Part shown: one piece after another, positions 10,254 through 24,314 of the stretch
Position numbering within the stretch: position 1 is the first letter of the stretch
Layout of the letters: each line of letters opens with the position of its first letter
Source of the DNA: an uncultured Actinomycetota bacterium
Lineage (GTDB): Bacteria > Actinomycetota > Humimicrobiia > Humimicrobiales > Humimicrobiaceae
DNA: 64,000 bases
Direction of reading: 5' to 3'
Assembly (NCBI GenBank): GCA_964578625.1
Contig: CAZODQ010000001.1
Location: 153,793-217,792, forward strand
Notes under the pieces: model-generated
The model's database searches: none
What the model saw: the letters and a program-made list of their open reading frames with translations, nothing else
Told to the model about the DNA's origin: nothing
Position numbers and translations under genes: made by a program

Positions 10254-11564
10254 TTAGGAGTATTTCTGTAATTCATTCTGAAAATTAAATCCGATAGCCA
10301 AAGAAACTAGCATTGAAACAGGTATCATAACTGTAGTAGCTGATAAATAATTTTCAAAAAAAGAAATAACCAAAAGAATAAAAATGCTACCGATTGCAGA
10401 AAGAAACACCTTTTTATTAAAATCCTTTTTTGAATTATTATAATAATTCAATAATTTTACTAAACATAAAGACCAGAATAGCATTACAAGACCTAACCCT
10501 ATCACTCCAGTTTCTGTAAGAAATTGCAGATAAGAATTGTGTACGTGTCCACTATTATAATAAAAATTATTTTTCATATAAAATACAATAAAACCAGGAA
10601 AACCCTTTAGTCTTCCCAAGTCAAATAAATTCCAATCTATACTAAATATATCATTAAACCTGCCAAAACCCACTCCAAATAGTGGGCTTTGTGAAAATAG
10701 ATACCACGCCTTTTCCCATGTAAAAAATCTGATAACCGATGTACCCTCTCCAAATTGAAATATCTGAATAAATCTATGGTATACTCCCGTAAAATAAATC
10801 ACCGGGATTGATCCTAATATTAATATTCCTATAGTAATCAAGAATTTTTTTACTGATCTGTAACATAACCAGATAACAATTATAGAACCTGCAATAAAAC
10901 CTAGATAATTAGCCCTACTTTTTGTAAGAAATAATGCTGTTAAATTTATAATCAGCAACACTGCATACAATATTTTTAATCTCTTTTCTTTTTCTATCAG
11001 AAAAAAGACAAGTAAAAACATACAAGTTATAGCATATACTGAGCCCGTAGCATTATGTGCAAAATTAAGGGCAAAATAAACTTTACCAACGTCAGGTTCT
11101 GTATATACCATCAATGACAAATTACTCTGAAAGTACTCAACAATACCAAATATAGAGAATGTGGTAAAAATAACAAAAATAAATTGAAAATAATAATTTG
11201 CTAATTTTTTATAATTATAAGCCGGAAGCGCAAATGCAAAAAAAAGAATATAGCAGAAAAAGAAATTGCCATCAAACTTTAAAAATTGAAAAGATAGCAA
11301 GTTTAGAAACCTTTGACCTGAAACAAAATAGCTTAAAATAAAATAAACGTAAATTATTATCAAAATTGCAATTAACTCAGAATGGGAGGAAGTTACAGAT
11401 CTTTTTCTAATAAAGAAAATTAAACCAATCAATATAGAAATTAGAACTGATGAAATTAAAAAATACGGATATTTATTAACCAGTAAAAATAAAACAGGTG
11501 AAATAAGTAATATACAAGAGATTTTTTTGATTATTAATATAAATCTTTCTTTCAAGCTGAGCAT
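10254..11564 (-). CDS. O-antigen ligase / O-oligosaccharyltransferase (Wzy_C) family membrane protein
   Basis: Many TM segments, LTKSRANYLG, R...WEKAWYLFSQSPLFGVGFG and HVHNSYLQFLTETGVIG. Confidence 0.85.
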   Translation of the reverse strand: MLSLKERFILIIKKISCILLISPVLFLLVNKYPYFLISSVLISILIGLIFFIRKRSVTSSHSELIAILIIIYVYFILSYFVSGQRFLNLLSFQFLKFDGNFFFCYILFFAFALPAYNYKKLANYYFQFIFVIFTTFSIFGIVEYFQSNLSLMVYTEPDVGKVYFALNFAHNATGSVYAITCMFLLVFFLIEKEKRLKILYAVLLIINLTALFLTKSRANYLGFIAGSIIVIWLCYRSVKKFLITIGILILGSIPVIYFTGVYHRFIQIFQFGEGTSVIRFFTWEKAWYLFSQSPLFGVGFGRFNDIFSIDWNLFDLGRLKGFPGFIVFYMKNNFYYNSGHVHNSYLQFLTETGVIGLGLVMLFWSLCLVKLLNYYNNSKKDFNKKVFLSAIGSIFILLVISFFENYLSATTVMIPVSMLVSLAIGFNFQNELQKYS

Positions 11565-11600
11565 CTCAATTATACTGTATGTTGTCTTATTGCTTATTAA

Positions 11601-12713
11601 TTATATTGCCTTATTTTTATAGTCACTATACTTGTAATTTATAAAATTCATTATTTTTTTCTTAAAAATATCTCTATCAAATCTTAATGCATTTTCTCTT
11701 ATTTTATTTCTATCAAAGCTGCTTTCAATTTTTAGAAACCTTTTTACAGTCTCTATAAGAGCATCTTTTGAGTTCTTGCTAAAGAATAAACCTGTTACTC
11801 CGTCTAAAACAGTTTCAAGCGCTCCACCATCAGCAAAAGCAATAACAGGTCTCCCATTTGCCTGGGCTTCAACAGGTGTTATTCCAAAATCTTCTTTGCC
11901 TGGAAATATGTATGCTCTACACTTACTATAGATCTCCTTTAAGCTTATATCATCAAGTCTTCCTAAAAATTCTATATTTTTGTTTTTGACCATACTCTCA
12001 AGAGTTTTTCTGTAAGGACCTGTTCCAACTATTTTCAAATTCAAACCCAAATCATTAAAAACATCAATTACAAGGTCGATATTCTTATAAGCATTAAGAC
12101 GTGACACTATTAAAAAATAATCTTCAGTTTTACTTGCTATACTAAAATTTTTAACATTTACTGGAGGGTAGATTACCTCTGCTTTCCTATTATAACAATT
12201 CTTTATTCTTTCTTTTATATAATTTGAAATGGCTACATAATAATCAACCCTGTCTATTGTTGCAATATCCCATCTTTTTAATTTCTTTATTAGCAATGGC
12301 AATATTTTTCGGGTAAACTTTCCAAAATCTTCCTTTTCAACATAATTTTTATAATTCCAGACAAACCTCATCGGAGTATAGCAGTAACATATATGACATG
12401 CATCTTTATCTTTTATCGCTCCCTTTGCAAAAGCGCTACTACTGCTTAAAATAAGATCATAACCACTCAAATCAAAACTCTCAATTGCTTTTGGATAAAA
12501 TAACAGATACTTCTTAAAATGCTTATCTAAGAAAGGAAACTTCTGCATGAAAGATGTCCTTATATTCATCTGTCCGAATATTGGAGGTAACTTATCCTTA
12601 TCAAATATTGAAGTAAGTATTGAAGCAGTGGGAAAAAGCTCACTAAAAACCTCTATTACCCTTTCTGCACCACCATATTGATTTAAGTAATCATGGACTA
12701 TGGCTATCTTCAT
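11601..12713 (-). CDS. GT4 glycosyltransferase (WbaZ-like mannosyltransferase type)
   Basis: MKIAIVHDYLNQYGGAERV, CYCYTPMRFVW, VIYPPV and EDFGITPVEAQANGRPVIAF. Confidence 0.9.
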   Translation of the reverse strand: MKIAIVHDYLNQYGGAERVIEVFSELFPTASILTSIFDKDKLPPIFGQMNIRTSFMQKFPFLDKHFKKYLLFYPKAIESFDLSGYDLILSSSSAFAKGAIKDKDACHICYCYTPMRFVWNYKNYVEKEDFGKFTRKILPLLIKKLKRWDIATIDRVDYYVAISNYIKERIKNCYNRKAEVIYPPVNVKNFSIASKTEDYFLIVSRLNAYKNIDLVIDVFNDLGLNLKIVGTGPYRKTLESMVKNKNIEFLGRLDDISLKEIYSKCRAYIFPGKEDFGITPVEAQANGRPVIAFADGGALETVLDGVTGLFFSKNSKDALIETVKRFLKIESSFDRNKIRENALRFDRDIFKKKIMNFINYKYSDYKNKAI

Positions 12714-12732
12714 AAATTCCCTGTTGTATTAA

Positions 12733-13623
12733 TTAGTTATTATCTGAAGTCTTAAAATGATTTACAACAAAAGCTGCGATAATCCCAATTACTGCAGATG
12801 CTATAAAACTTAATAAAATATTTCTTAAATAATTAGAAGTATTTACTACACCATCAAGTTCTGGCGGTTTATTTATCTGTATCCTATTTATAAAATACTC
12901 CTCATTGTCCAACATATTATTTTGTATTGAAGTAAGAAATACATATTTATTATATTCTTCATCAAATTCTTTTAAGAGTAGAGTGTCTTTTTCATTTTTT
13001 TCCAAATCACTTACTAGATCTGAAAGTAGTCTTTCAGTAACACTAATTTCAATCTTCAGTTTTTCAACCACAGAATCATAAGCTTCCTTGCGTTCTTTAA
13101 CCTTTACATCTATATATGAATCCAAGATAGCCTTATTAATGCCATATGCAAGTCCCTTTGTTTTTGCATAGGTTGTCAGTGTGACAATTCCATTCCACCT
13201 GTCTATTGTAATGTTTACTGATTTAATTAATTGTGATTTTGTAAAATCATTATTAGTAAACTCATCCTTTAGCAAATTTATAGCATCACTGATCAGTGGC
13301 TCAGATTTAATTTCTGAATCAATGGGATCTAACTTTCCTACTATATAATCTATTCTCTTTTCGTTTTCAACTCGAGGTATTATCCATAAACTGTTTGCTT
13401 CATCTGGAAGATATTCATAAAATTCATCATTATAATAAATTTCATTATTGGATAAAGTTATTTGAGAAACTGAACTGTATTCAGGGGAAACCAGAAATGT
13501 ATAAGCCATACCAATAATAAAAACTAAAATAAAAGCAATAATAAAAGCTGATTTTCTTTTAATTAAAATTTTAAAAAATACTTTTAAATTGACTTCATCA
13601 ACATTTTGATTCTTTTTGTCCAT
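12733..13623 (-). CDS. Wzz/polysaccharide co-polymerase-like membrane protein
   Basis: N-terminal EVNLKVFFKIL plus TM plus P.Y.S.S motif, a central coiled-coil region and a C-terminal TM helix. Confidence 0.7.
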   Translation of the reverse strand: MDKKNQNVDEVNLKVFFKILIKRKSAFIIAFILVFIIGMAYTFLVSPEYSSVSQITLSNNEIYYNDEFYEYLPDEANSLWIIPRVENEKRIDYIVGKLDPIDSEIKSEPLISDAINLLKDEFTNNDFTKSQLIKSVNITIDRWNGIVTLTTYAKTKGLAYGINKAILDSYIDVKVKERKEAYDSVVEKLKIEISVTERLLSDLVSDLEKNEKDTLLLKEFDEEYNKYVFLTSIQNNMLDNEEYFINRIQINKPPELDGVVNTSNYLRNILLSFIASAVIGIIAAFVVNHFKTSDNN

Positions 13624-13882
13624 TAAAATTCTAGTTATATTTTACAATTCTATATTGATAGTTTCTTTTACTTTTAGCATGAATAAATTATCAATTAAAT
13701 GATTTTAAAAATCAAGAAATTTAAATTACTTATATATTTATGTAAGGAATTTTTTAAAAAGCATTCTTGCTTTTCTATAAAAAATTTTTTGATGATATAA
13801 TAAAGCGTTGATGCTTTCAATCTTTTCGAAAGGCTAATATTTTTGTTAATTAAGATATTCTCAGAATCAAGGATTAAAAAAT

Positions 13883-14608
13883 TTGGATTTGTTTCTTAGT
13901 ATAATTATACCCGCATATAATGAACAAAGATGCGTCGGAAATACATTAGATAAGGTTCTGGATTACTTTAGAAATAAAAAGTACCCCATCGAAATAATTT
14001 GTGTAAATGACGGAAGCAATGACAATACACTTAATATAATAGAAGAATACAAAAAAATAAATTTCAATAAGGTTGACATGAAAATAATTAATAATAAAAA
14101 TAATTCAGGCAAAGGTTATTCAGTAAGAACAGGAGTTTTGGCCTCCAATGGGAAATATGTATTATTTACCGATGCGGACCTCTCAACACCAATAGAAGAA
14201 GTTGATAAGTTTCTTAGAATTATTGAAGAAGGTTATAATGTAGTCATAGGCTCAAGAGATTTACCAGGCTCAAATATTATTCAGAGACAGCATATCATTA
14301 GGGAATCAATGGGAAAATTTTTTAACTTTTTGGTAAGAATAATAATGAACTTTAAATACAGGGATACTCAGTGTGGTTTTAAGCTCTTTGATAGAAAGTC
14401 AGCTAATAACATTTTTCCTAAGTTAAATATAAATGACTTTAGTTTTGATGTAGAAATTTTATACCTTGCAAAAAAGTTGGGATTAAAAGTTAGGGAAGTG
14501 CCTATAACCTGGAACAACTCAAAAGATTCAAAGGTCAGGATAATTAGAGATTCGTTCCGAATGCTCTTAAGCTTGATTAGAATAAAAAAAATTCACAAGA
14601 AAATATAA
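13883..14608 (+). CDS. GT2 polyprenol-phosphate glycosyltransferase (dolichyl-phosphate beta-glucosyltransferase family)
   Basis: LSIIIPAYNE, VNDGSNDNT, GKGYSVRTG, FTDADLSTP, DTQCGFKLF and FSFDVEILYLA; TTG start. Confidence 0.9.
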   Translation: MDLFLSIIIPAYNEQRCVGNTLDKVLDYFRNKKYPIEIICVNDGSNDNTLNIIEEYKKINFNKVDMKIINNKNNSGKGYSVRTGVLASNGKYVLFTDADLSTPIEEVDKFLRIIEEGYNVVIGSRDLPGSNIIQRQHIIRESMGKFFNFLVRIIMNFKYRDTQCGFKLFDRKSANNIFPKLNINDFSFDVEILYLAKKLGLKVREVPITWNNSKDSKVRIIRDSFRMLLSLIRIKKIHKKI

Positions 14609-14618
14609 TCCTTTGCCT

Positions 14619-18414
<3,796 letters not shown>

Positions 18415-18818
18415 TTATTTTCATTTATTATATAATCTATAAAAATCAAATTATCTGATACATATTTCTCTAAAAATCTCATAGAACTATTTTATTATTA
18501 TACTAAATCAGAGGGATATAATTAACACCAAATTTATATCTTTTAAAAATTTTCTCCATTATATTTAAATAATTTTTAATAATGAAATAAAGAAGAACAA
18601 ATTAGATTTAAAAGATATTTTAAAAAGGTAATATTATATAGTACCACTACTAAAAACGAGAGGAATAATATTGTAGATAAAATATGACAATCCCACTCCA
18701 AAGTGGATAAAGAATTGGCTATAGCCTATCAAGATTTGAAATATATATTATCAGTAAACATATTAGCAGGATAAATAAAGAGGTAAAAATTTTCTTCTAC
18801 CAGCCAAGATTCACTATA

Positions 18819-21800
18819 TTAAAACCCGTAGATTTGATTGGCAAACAGGATTATTTTATCGGTATAATTGCTGCCCGGAGCCCATCTGCCATTTAAGAAT
18901 CCTAAAGTAGTATCTCCGGTATATCTGTAATGGGTACTTCCAAAATGCCTTGGATCATAGGTTAAACTACAATAAATGTTTATATGGTCAGGGTAGTAAT
19001 ACCATGCCAGGTGAGCATAATGTGCAATTATACCCAGCTCTTCCGTAGCAAAACTATTGCCGGGAACTCCTCCGCCAGTGGCACCCATACCCACAAAATT
19101 ATTCTGGTCAGGTCTAACATCTCCTGTATATTCAAGAAATCCAGTTTCATGGCACATCATAGCCCATGCAATATCCACTCTTATATCAAACAGTTTTCCA
19201 TATTTAATATATATCGGAGCAATCCTTCTTGCCCAGTCTACCTTAGTGGAATTCCTATCTTCAAAGATTTTAACAAGCTGATCTACTGTAACCTCAGTAT
19301 AGCCTATAAAACTGGTGCTATTGGTTATTGGTGAGGTATTAACCGGATATTCTTTATCTTCATTTTCAGTTTCATTATCTCCTCCATCAGATCCTTCTTC
19401 AGCTTCTACCTCTACAGTTGCCGTAGTGGTGACCTCCGAAGATAAAGCTCCGTCATCATCTTTCACGGTTAGGGTTACTGTATATTGGCCTGCTTCGGTA
19501 TAGGTATGGACAGGACTTACTTCACTTCCCGTAGACCCGTCACCGAAATCCCATATATACTGGGCTATTTCTCCATCTGAATCCTGTGAACCGGAACCGT
19601 TAAAGGTTATCTCTTCTCCTGCCGCAGCAGTATATGGTCCTCCAGGATCAGCTGTCGGAGTCTCGTTTATATCATTTATGGTAACAGTCAGACTATCTGT
19701 GTCTGATACATCCTCAAAGGCTGTAACCTTTAGAGTTACCTCATACGTCCCGGCTGTATCAAATACATGAGTTATTACCGGTTCTTCTACAGTCTCATCA
19801 TAGGTCCCGTCTGCATCCCAGTCCCAGCTATAAGATACTGTAGTATCCTCCGAGATAGGTGATATGATGCTGCCTGACGCATCGAAGGTCAATGAGTCGC
19901 CAACATCACCGCTTTGATCTTCACCGGCTTCTGCAGTGACGGTATTTTCAGGTGGAATTTCACCCTGGCCGATTCCCTGTATTATTTCATTGGCAAATAA
20001 AATTATCTTATCGGTATAGGTACTGCCCGGAGCCCACCTGCCGTTTAAGAATCCTAAAGTAGTATCTCCGGTATATCTTATATGTGAATCACCAAAATGT
20101 CTGGGATCATACTGTTTACTGCAGTACTCATTTATATGAGTAGGATAATAATACCATGCCAGATGTGCATAATGTGCTATTATACCCAGCTCTTCAGTGG
20201 CAAAACTATCACCGGGAACTCCTCCCCCTACGGCGCCAAGACCAACAAAATTATTCTGGTCAGGTTTTACATCTCCTGTGAATTCCAAAAATCCGGTCTC
20301 ATGGCACATTTGAGCCCAGGCAATATCCACTCTTATATCAAACAGTTTTCCATATTTAATATATATCGGAGCAATCCTTCTTGCCCAGTCTACCTTAGTG
20401 GAATTCCTATCTTCAAAGATTTTAACAAGATCATCTACAGTCAAATCAATATAACCAATAACACTGGTCTCATTTGAAACAGCCCCAAATTGACTGTTTT
20501 CCTCTTCGCCTTCTTCTTCCTCTTCTTCTGCCTCTTCAGCTTCTACCTCTACAGTTGCCGTAGTGGTGACCTCCGAAGATAAAGCTCCGTCATCATCTTT
20601 CACGGTTAGGGTTACTGTATATTGGCCTGCTTCGGTATAGGTATGGACAGGACTTACTTCACTTCCCGTAGACCCGTCACCGAAATCCCATATATACTGG
20701 GCTATTTCTCCATCTGAATCCTGTGAACCGGAACCGTTAAAGGTTATCTCTTCTCCTGCCGCAGCAGTATATGGTCCTCCAGGATCAGCTGTCGGATTAA
20801 GATTTATATCACTATCTAAATCACCATCTTTTATGACATTTACTTTAACATTTGCCGTACTGTAATTATTGCTAGAATCATAAGCATAAGCATATATAAT
20901 GTTCTCGCCTTCATTAAGCAGATCGATATCTATTGTTTGTTCCCATCCGCCGCTCACAATCCCGATGCTTCCTAATGTATTCTCTGTGAAACTAGTAACA
21001 CTTCCTAATAAGTTACTTTCACTCCTATCTGCTCCATTATAAAATTCAACCTTAGCCAGTTTTATAGGAGGACTGTTCTTTAGATCCGCTGCCCAGCCGC
21101 TTATGGTAAAATCTTCATATGCAATGAAATCATTTTCAGGCTCATCTATCTTTACTGTAAAGCCCGATGAGTTTTCCCCACTGCTGTCGCTGTAATTTCC
21201 AGAGCTTTTATCAATACCTTTTGAAAATTCTACAATTGCATTAAATAGGCCGACTGCACATTTTTCCTTAAAATCAGCAGTTTTTAAGAGTTCAGATTCT
21301 GTTGGATTGGAAATAAAAGCACACTCAACCAGTGCTGCAGGCATATTTGTATATTTAATGACTCTAAAATTAGCCGTCTTTACTCCACGATTTGCCCTTT
21401 CGATCTGCTTCACTACACTAGTCTGAATTAAACTTGCAAGCTGGTTTGAACCACTTACTCCATTTGAACACCAGAAAGTCTCAGTGCCATGTGCATACTG
21501 GGATAGGGCTGCATTGTTATGGATCGATATAAATATATCAGCGCCTGAGTTGTTAGCCATATTTACTCTATCATCCAGACTGACATATCTGTCATCGGTC
21601 CTGGTCATCACTACCGTAAAACCATTTGCTTCCAGCTTGGATTTCAATCTCAGAGCAATGTCAAGAGTTGTGTCTTTTTCCTTAAGACCAAATCCTATGG
21701 CTCCAGGATCACTTCCTCCATGACCGGCATCAATATATACCTTGATCCCATTCTGAGCATAGATTTCCCCATTAGCAGGAAGGTAAATAATAGCCAGACT

Positions 21801-21860
21801 GAAAATGATCACATATAAAAAGACAGCAAAAGATTTTAATAACCTTGTTACCTTTCTCAT
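18819..21860 (-). CDS. Multidomain autolysin: Amidase_3 + Ig-like + three PKD + two GH73-like glucosaminidase domains
   Basis: VYIDAGHGGSDPGA, ISIHNNA and ALVECAFISN (Zn amidase); WDFGDG PKD repeats; two copies of IAWAxMCHETGFLE..NNFVG..GA..SFATEELGIIAH..GRWAP; N-terminal signal/TM. Confidence 0.88.
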   Translation of the reverse strand: MRKVTRLLKSFAVFLYVIIFSLAIIYLPANGEIYAQNGIKVYIDAGHGGSDPGAIGFGLKEKDTTLDIALRLKSKLEANGFTVVMTRTDDRYVSLDDRVNMANNSGADIFISIHNNAALSQYAHGTETFWCSNGVSGSNQLASLIQTSVVKQIERANRGVKTANFRVIKYTNMPAALVECAFISNPTESELLKTADFKEKCAVGLFNAIVEFSKGIDKSSGNYSDSSGENSSGFTVKIDEPENDFIAYEDFTISGWAADLKNSPPIKLAKVEFYNGADRSESNLLGSVTSFTENTLGSIGIVSGGWEQTIDIDLLNEGENIIYAYAYDSSNNYSTANVKVNVIKDGDLDSDINLNPTADPGGPYTAAAGEEITFNGSGSQDSDGEIAQYIWDFGDGSTGSEVSPVHTYTEAGQYTVTLTVKDDDGALSSEVTTTATVEVEAEEAEEEEEEGEEENSQFGAVSNETSVIGYIDLTVDDLVKIFEDRNSTKVDWARRIAPIYIKYGKLFDIRVDIAWAQMCHETGFLEFTGDVKPDQNNFVGLGAVGGGVPGDSFATEELGIIAHYAHLAWYYYPTHINEYCSKQYDPRHFGDSHIRYTGDTTLGFLNGRWAPGSTYTDKIILFANEIIQGIGQGEIPPENTVTAEAGEDQSGDVGDSLTFDASGSIISPISEDTTVSYSWDWDADGTYDETVEEPVITHVFDTAGTYEVTLKVTAFEDVSDTDSLTVTINDINETPTADPGGPYTAAAGEEITFNGSGSQDSDGEIAQYIWDFGDGSTGSEVSPVHTYTEAGQYTVTLTVKDDDGALSSEVTTTATVEVEAEEGSDGGDNETENEDKEYPVNTSPITNSTSFIGYTEVTVDQLVKIFEDRNSTKVDWARRIAPIYIKYGKLFDIRVDIAWAMMCHETGFLEYTGDVRPDQNNFVGMGATGGGVPGNSFATEELGIIAHYAHLAWYYYPDHINIYCSLTYDPRHFGSTHYRYTGDTTLGFLNGRWAPGSNYTDKIILFANQIYGF
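19168..19277. repeat. 110-bp perfect direct repeat, copy A (partner 20320-20429), inside the autolysin
   Basis: Base-by-base identity read by eye at offset 1152; flanking parts of the glucosaminidase copies are diverged. Confidence 0.85.
19396..19659. repeat. 264-bp perfect direct repeat, copy A (partner 20533-20796), encoding a PKD domain
   Basis: Identity from tcttcagcttctacc to gctgtcgga at offset 1137. Confidence 0.9.
20320..20429. repeat. 110-bp perfect direct repeat, copy B
   Basis: Identical to 19168-19277. Confidence 0.85.
20533..20796. repeat. 264-bp perfect direct repeat, copy B
   Basis: Identical to 19396-19659. Confidence 0.9.
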
Positions 21861-21875
21861 AAACCTACCTTTTAA

Positions 21876-22538
21876 TTACTTTATTAAATCACTCCTCCTA
21901 AAAACAGGTTCGCTGATATCGACCATGCCCAGCATATCCAGCTTTTCTCCGTCTATATAAAAAGATACTGAATTTACTTCTGGAAATTCGGTCAATGTAT
22001 TTACAATCGAATAAATCAGCAGAATATCGACTGTATCGCTGACGAACCTATCTTCCACAAATTCCTTTGAAAGGTCAACTTTTGCCAGACCATCTTCAAC
22101 AATAACTGAATTTATTTTTGTGCTGTCCGGCATCAATCGATGAAGACTACCATCAACGGGAAGCTTCATCAGTTCATTTAAAGCATATATATATTTATTT
22201 TCCGATGATATTACCCTTGCTTCAGCTACTAAATACTCTCCCATTGCATCTGAATAATATACGTTTATGGTAAGCTCACTGCTTTCATTAATCTCTTCAC
22301 CTTCATCTGAATTCTCATCAATATCGGTGACAGTTGCCTGATCCTGACTGGTATCCTGGGATTCTTCTTCTATTTGATTATTAGATGTGTCATTGCCTGA
22401 AACTGTTGTTGAATCATCCTTAAGGGTACAGGAAAATGTGAGTATAAACATGATTATAAGAAAGAATAAAACAGGTACTAATACTGCTTTTCTACATAAA
22501 TAACTAACATACTTTTTATAAAGATTTTTCCTTCTCAT
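21876..22538 (-). CDS. GerMN domain membrane/lipoprotein
   Basis: TM helix ending FSC, acidic linker, then VYYSD...LVAEAR, ALNELMKLP, AKVDLSKEF and YSIVNTLTEFPEVNSVSFYIDG. Confidence 0.85.
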   Translation of the reverse strand: MRRKNLYKKYVSYLCRKAVLVPVLFFLIIMFILTFSCTLKDDSTTVSGNDTSNNQIEEESQDTSQDQATVTDIDENSDEGEEINESSELTINVYYSDAMGEYLVAEARVISSENKYIYALNELMKLPVDGSLHRLMPDSTKINSVIVEDGLAKVDLSKEFVEDRFVSDTVDILLIYSIVNTLTEFPEVNSVSFYIDGEKLDMLGMVDISEPVFRRSDLIK

Positions 22539-22766
22539 TGCTACGTATATATATTATTTTTTTACTATCAAATTACTATATTTATTTCTATATTTTTGTT
22601 AAGAATATTGTGTAGAGAATAATTACATAAATAATCCATAATGTCAAGCTTGCAGTTAATTAAATGGATTTAACCTGATTTCTTCAAAACAACGATATAA
22701 TCCGTAAGACCCGCATCGATCTTCTTGAAGCTTAATACATTTATAAGTAATTCATAAAATTACAAC

Positions 22767-24170
22767 TCATTGATTAATAGTAACATTTAAATCCACATTA
22801 CTTTGAGAGTATCCCCAGCCGTCAGCTTGATCATCATTATCAGTATAAGGCCCGCTAAAATGTATCCTGATCTGGAACCTTGATTTACCTTCATTTACGG
22901 CTTTCTGCAGCTCTTCTTGCAGCTTGGAAACATTGCAGGTAATATCAGGATAGTCATAGCTTGCCACAAGAACGCCATCCAATCCAAAATCACTTTGAGT
23001 AATGGGTTCTGCACCCCATTCCAGTATATTTATCTTCAACCTGTAAAGAAAGGACAGAGGGACTCCGGACTGTGAAACACCGCTAAATTTAAGTGAAGCT
23101 GACTCAACTGTATTTCCGCCTAAATTTGATATATCAAAACTAATAAATCCCATACATGGTTTATTACTGCTGGAATCCCCGGCATAGATATCTCCGCCTA
23201 TAAAAGTACCGCCGCCGGATTCAATATAGCCGCCTTCCCCTTCCTTCCTTGGGATATCCATATTAGTAGGACTACTTTCCTCCACTACTACCTCTCCCAC
23301 ATATGCCACTGTGGAAGTTTTTGCAGTATTTCCATGTCCATCACTTACCTCAACAGAGATCTGGTAATCTTCAGGACTATCAGGTGTGTTCCACTTGATG
23401 GGATTGGCAGTACTATCAGTTATAGAACCGCCTGTTACACTCCAGCTAAAAGACAAAGCATCACCATCCGGATCCGAAACATCGACAGAAGCCTCGTATT
23501 GTTTCCCTACATATAAAGTATCTTCTGATAATGAAATGCCTTTTATTTCAGGCTTCCTGTTACACCCCCAGCTTAAGGGTATAGAAGCAGTATCAGTACC
23601 TTCCGAATTGGTAGCAGTGGCAGTAAGTGTAAATGTCTCAGTGGGGTCATTTAGATTGATCTGGGCAATATTGTCTCCAAAAGAACCCATACTGTCATCC
23701 TTATTCCAATCTATATCAGGAGTGGGATCACCCGTAACAACAGCCTTCACCCTCCAGTAACATATGCTGCCTTCAAGAGTGGGACCTTCATATACTTCAA
23801 GTCCGACAGTCGGTGCTACTTTTTCTTCTTCTTCCTCGGCAGCTTCCTCTTCCTCTGCCGCTACTTCTTCCTCAGCTTCTTCCTCTTCTTCCGCTACTGT
23901 TTCTTCAACATCTATTTCTTCATCTGCAATCTCCTCTGTTCCTCCCGCATTTCCTTCCGAAAACCAGCCATTAAAAATATCCATCTTTGAACTTATAAAT
24001 TGGGAGATTACCTGGAAGTTTAAAACACATAATATAATAACCGCGATCCCTGCTATAGAACCCAGAGTTATGGCTGCAGCCTTCTTTTTACTGACTGCAG
24101 ACTTACTTTTTTCATCTTGCCTCTTGGCATGTTTACCCTGCTTCTTAGCATGTTTCATATCATATTTCAT
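22767..24170 (-). CDS. Membrane-anchored surface protein with acidic linker and Ig/PKD-like domains
   Basis: Basic N-terminus, one TM helix, Glu/Ala-rich linker, then NRKPEI...VSDPDGDALSFSWSVTGG...YQISVEVSDG (Ig-like). Confidence 0.65.
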   Translation of the reverse strand: MKYDMKHAKKQGKHAKRQDEKSKSAVSKKKAAAITLGSIAGIAVIILCVLNFQVISQFISSKMDIFNGWFSEGNAGGTEEIADEEIDVEETVAEEEEEAEEEVAAEEEEAAEEEEEKVAPTVGLEVYEGPTLEGSICYWRVKAVVTGDPTPDIDWNKDDSMGSFGDNIAQINLNDPTETFTLTATATNSEGTDTASIPLSWGCNRKPEIKGISLSEDTLYVGKQYEASVDVSDPDGDALSFSWSVTGGSITDSTANPIKWNTPDSPEDYQISVEVSDGHGNTAKTSTVAYVGEVVVEESSPTNMDIPRKEGEGGYIESGGGTFIGGDIYAGDSSSNKPCMGFISFDISNLGGNTVESASLKFSGVSQSGVPLSFLYRLKINILEWGAEPITQSDFGLDGVLVASYDYPDITCNVSKLQEELQKAVNEGKSRFQIRIHFSGPYTDNDDQADGWGYSQSNVDLNVTINQ

Positions 24171-24314
24171 AATATCAGACTCGCTATACTCTAATTAAAT
24201 AAAAACAACACAATCATTTATGATTACTTTTAAGAAAAACTCCGGATATTTTATCTTTGAAATGAAATAACATATTAAAAAATGGGATAACCAGATAATT
24301 ATAATAATTTCTTC

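Noticed and set aside
19168-20796. Repeat pairs in the autolysin considered as a DGR template/variable repeat or CRISPR
   Set aside because: Both copies are in-frame protein domains, the differences are not confined to adenines, and no reverse transcriptase or cas gene is in the window.
23820-23910. GAA/GAG-rich quasi-tandem repeats (also at 20500-20540)
   Set aside because: They encode poly-Glu/Ala linkers; ordinary low-complexity coding sequence.
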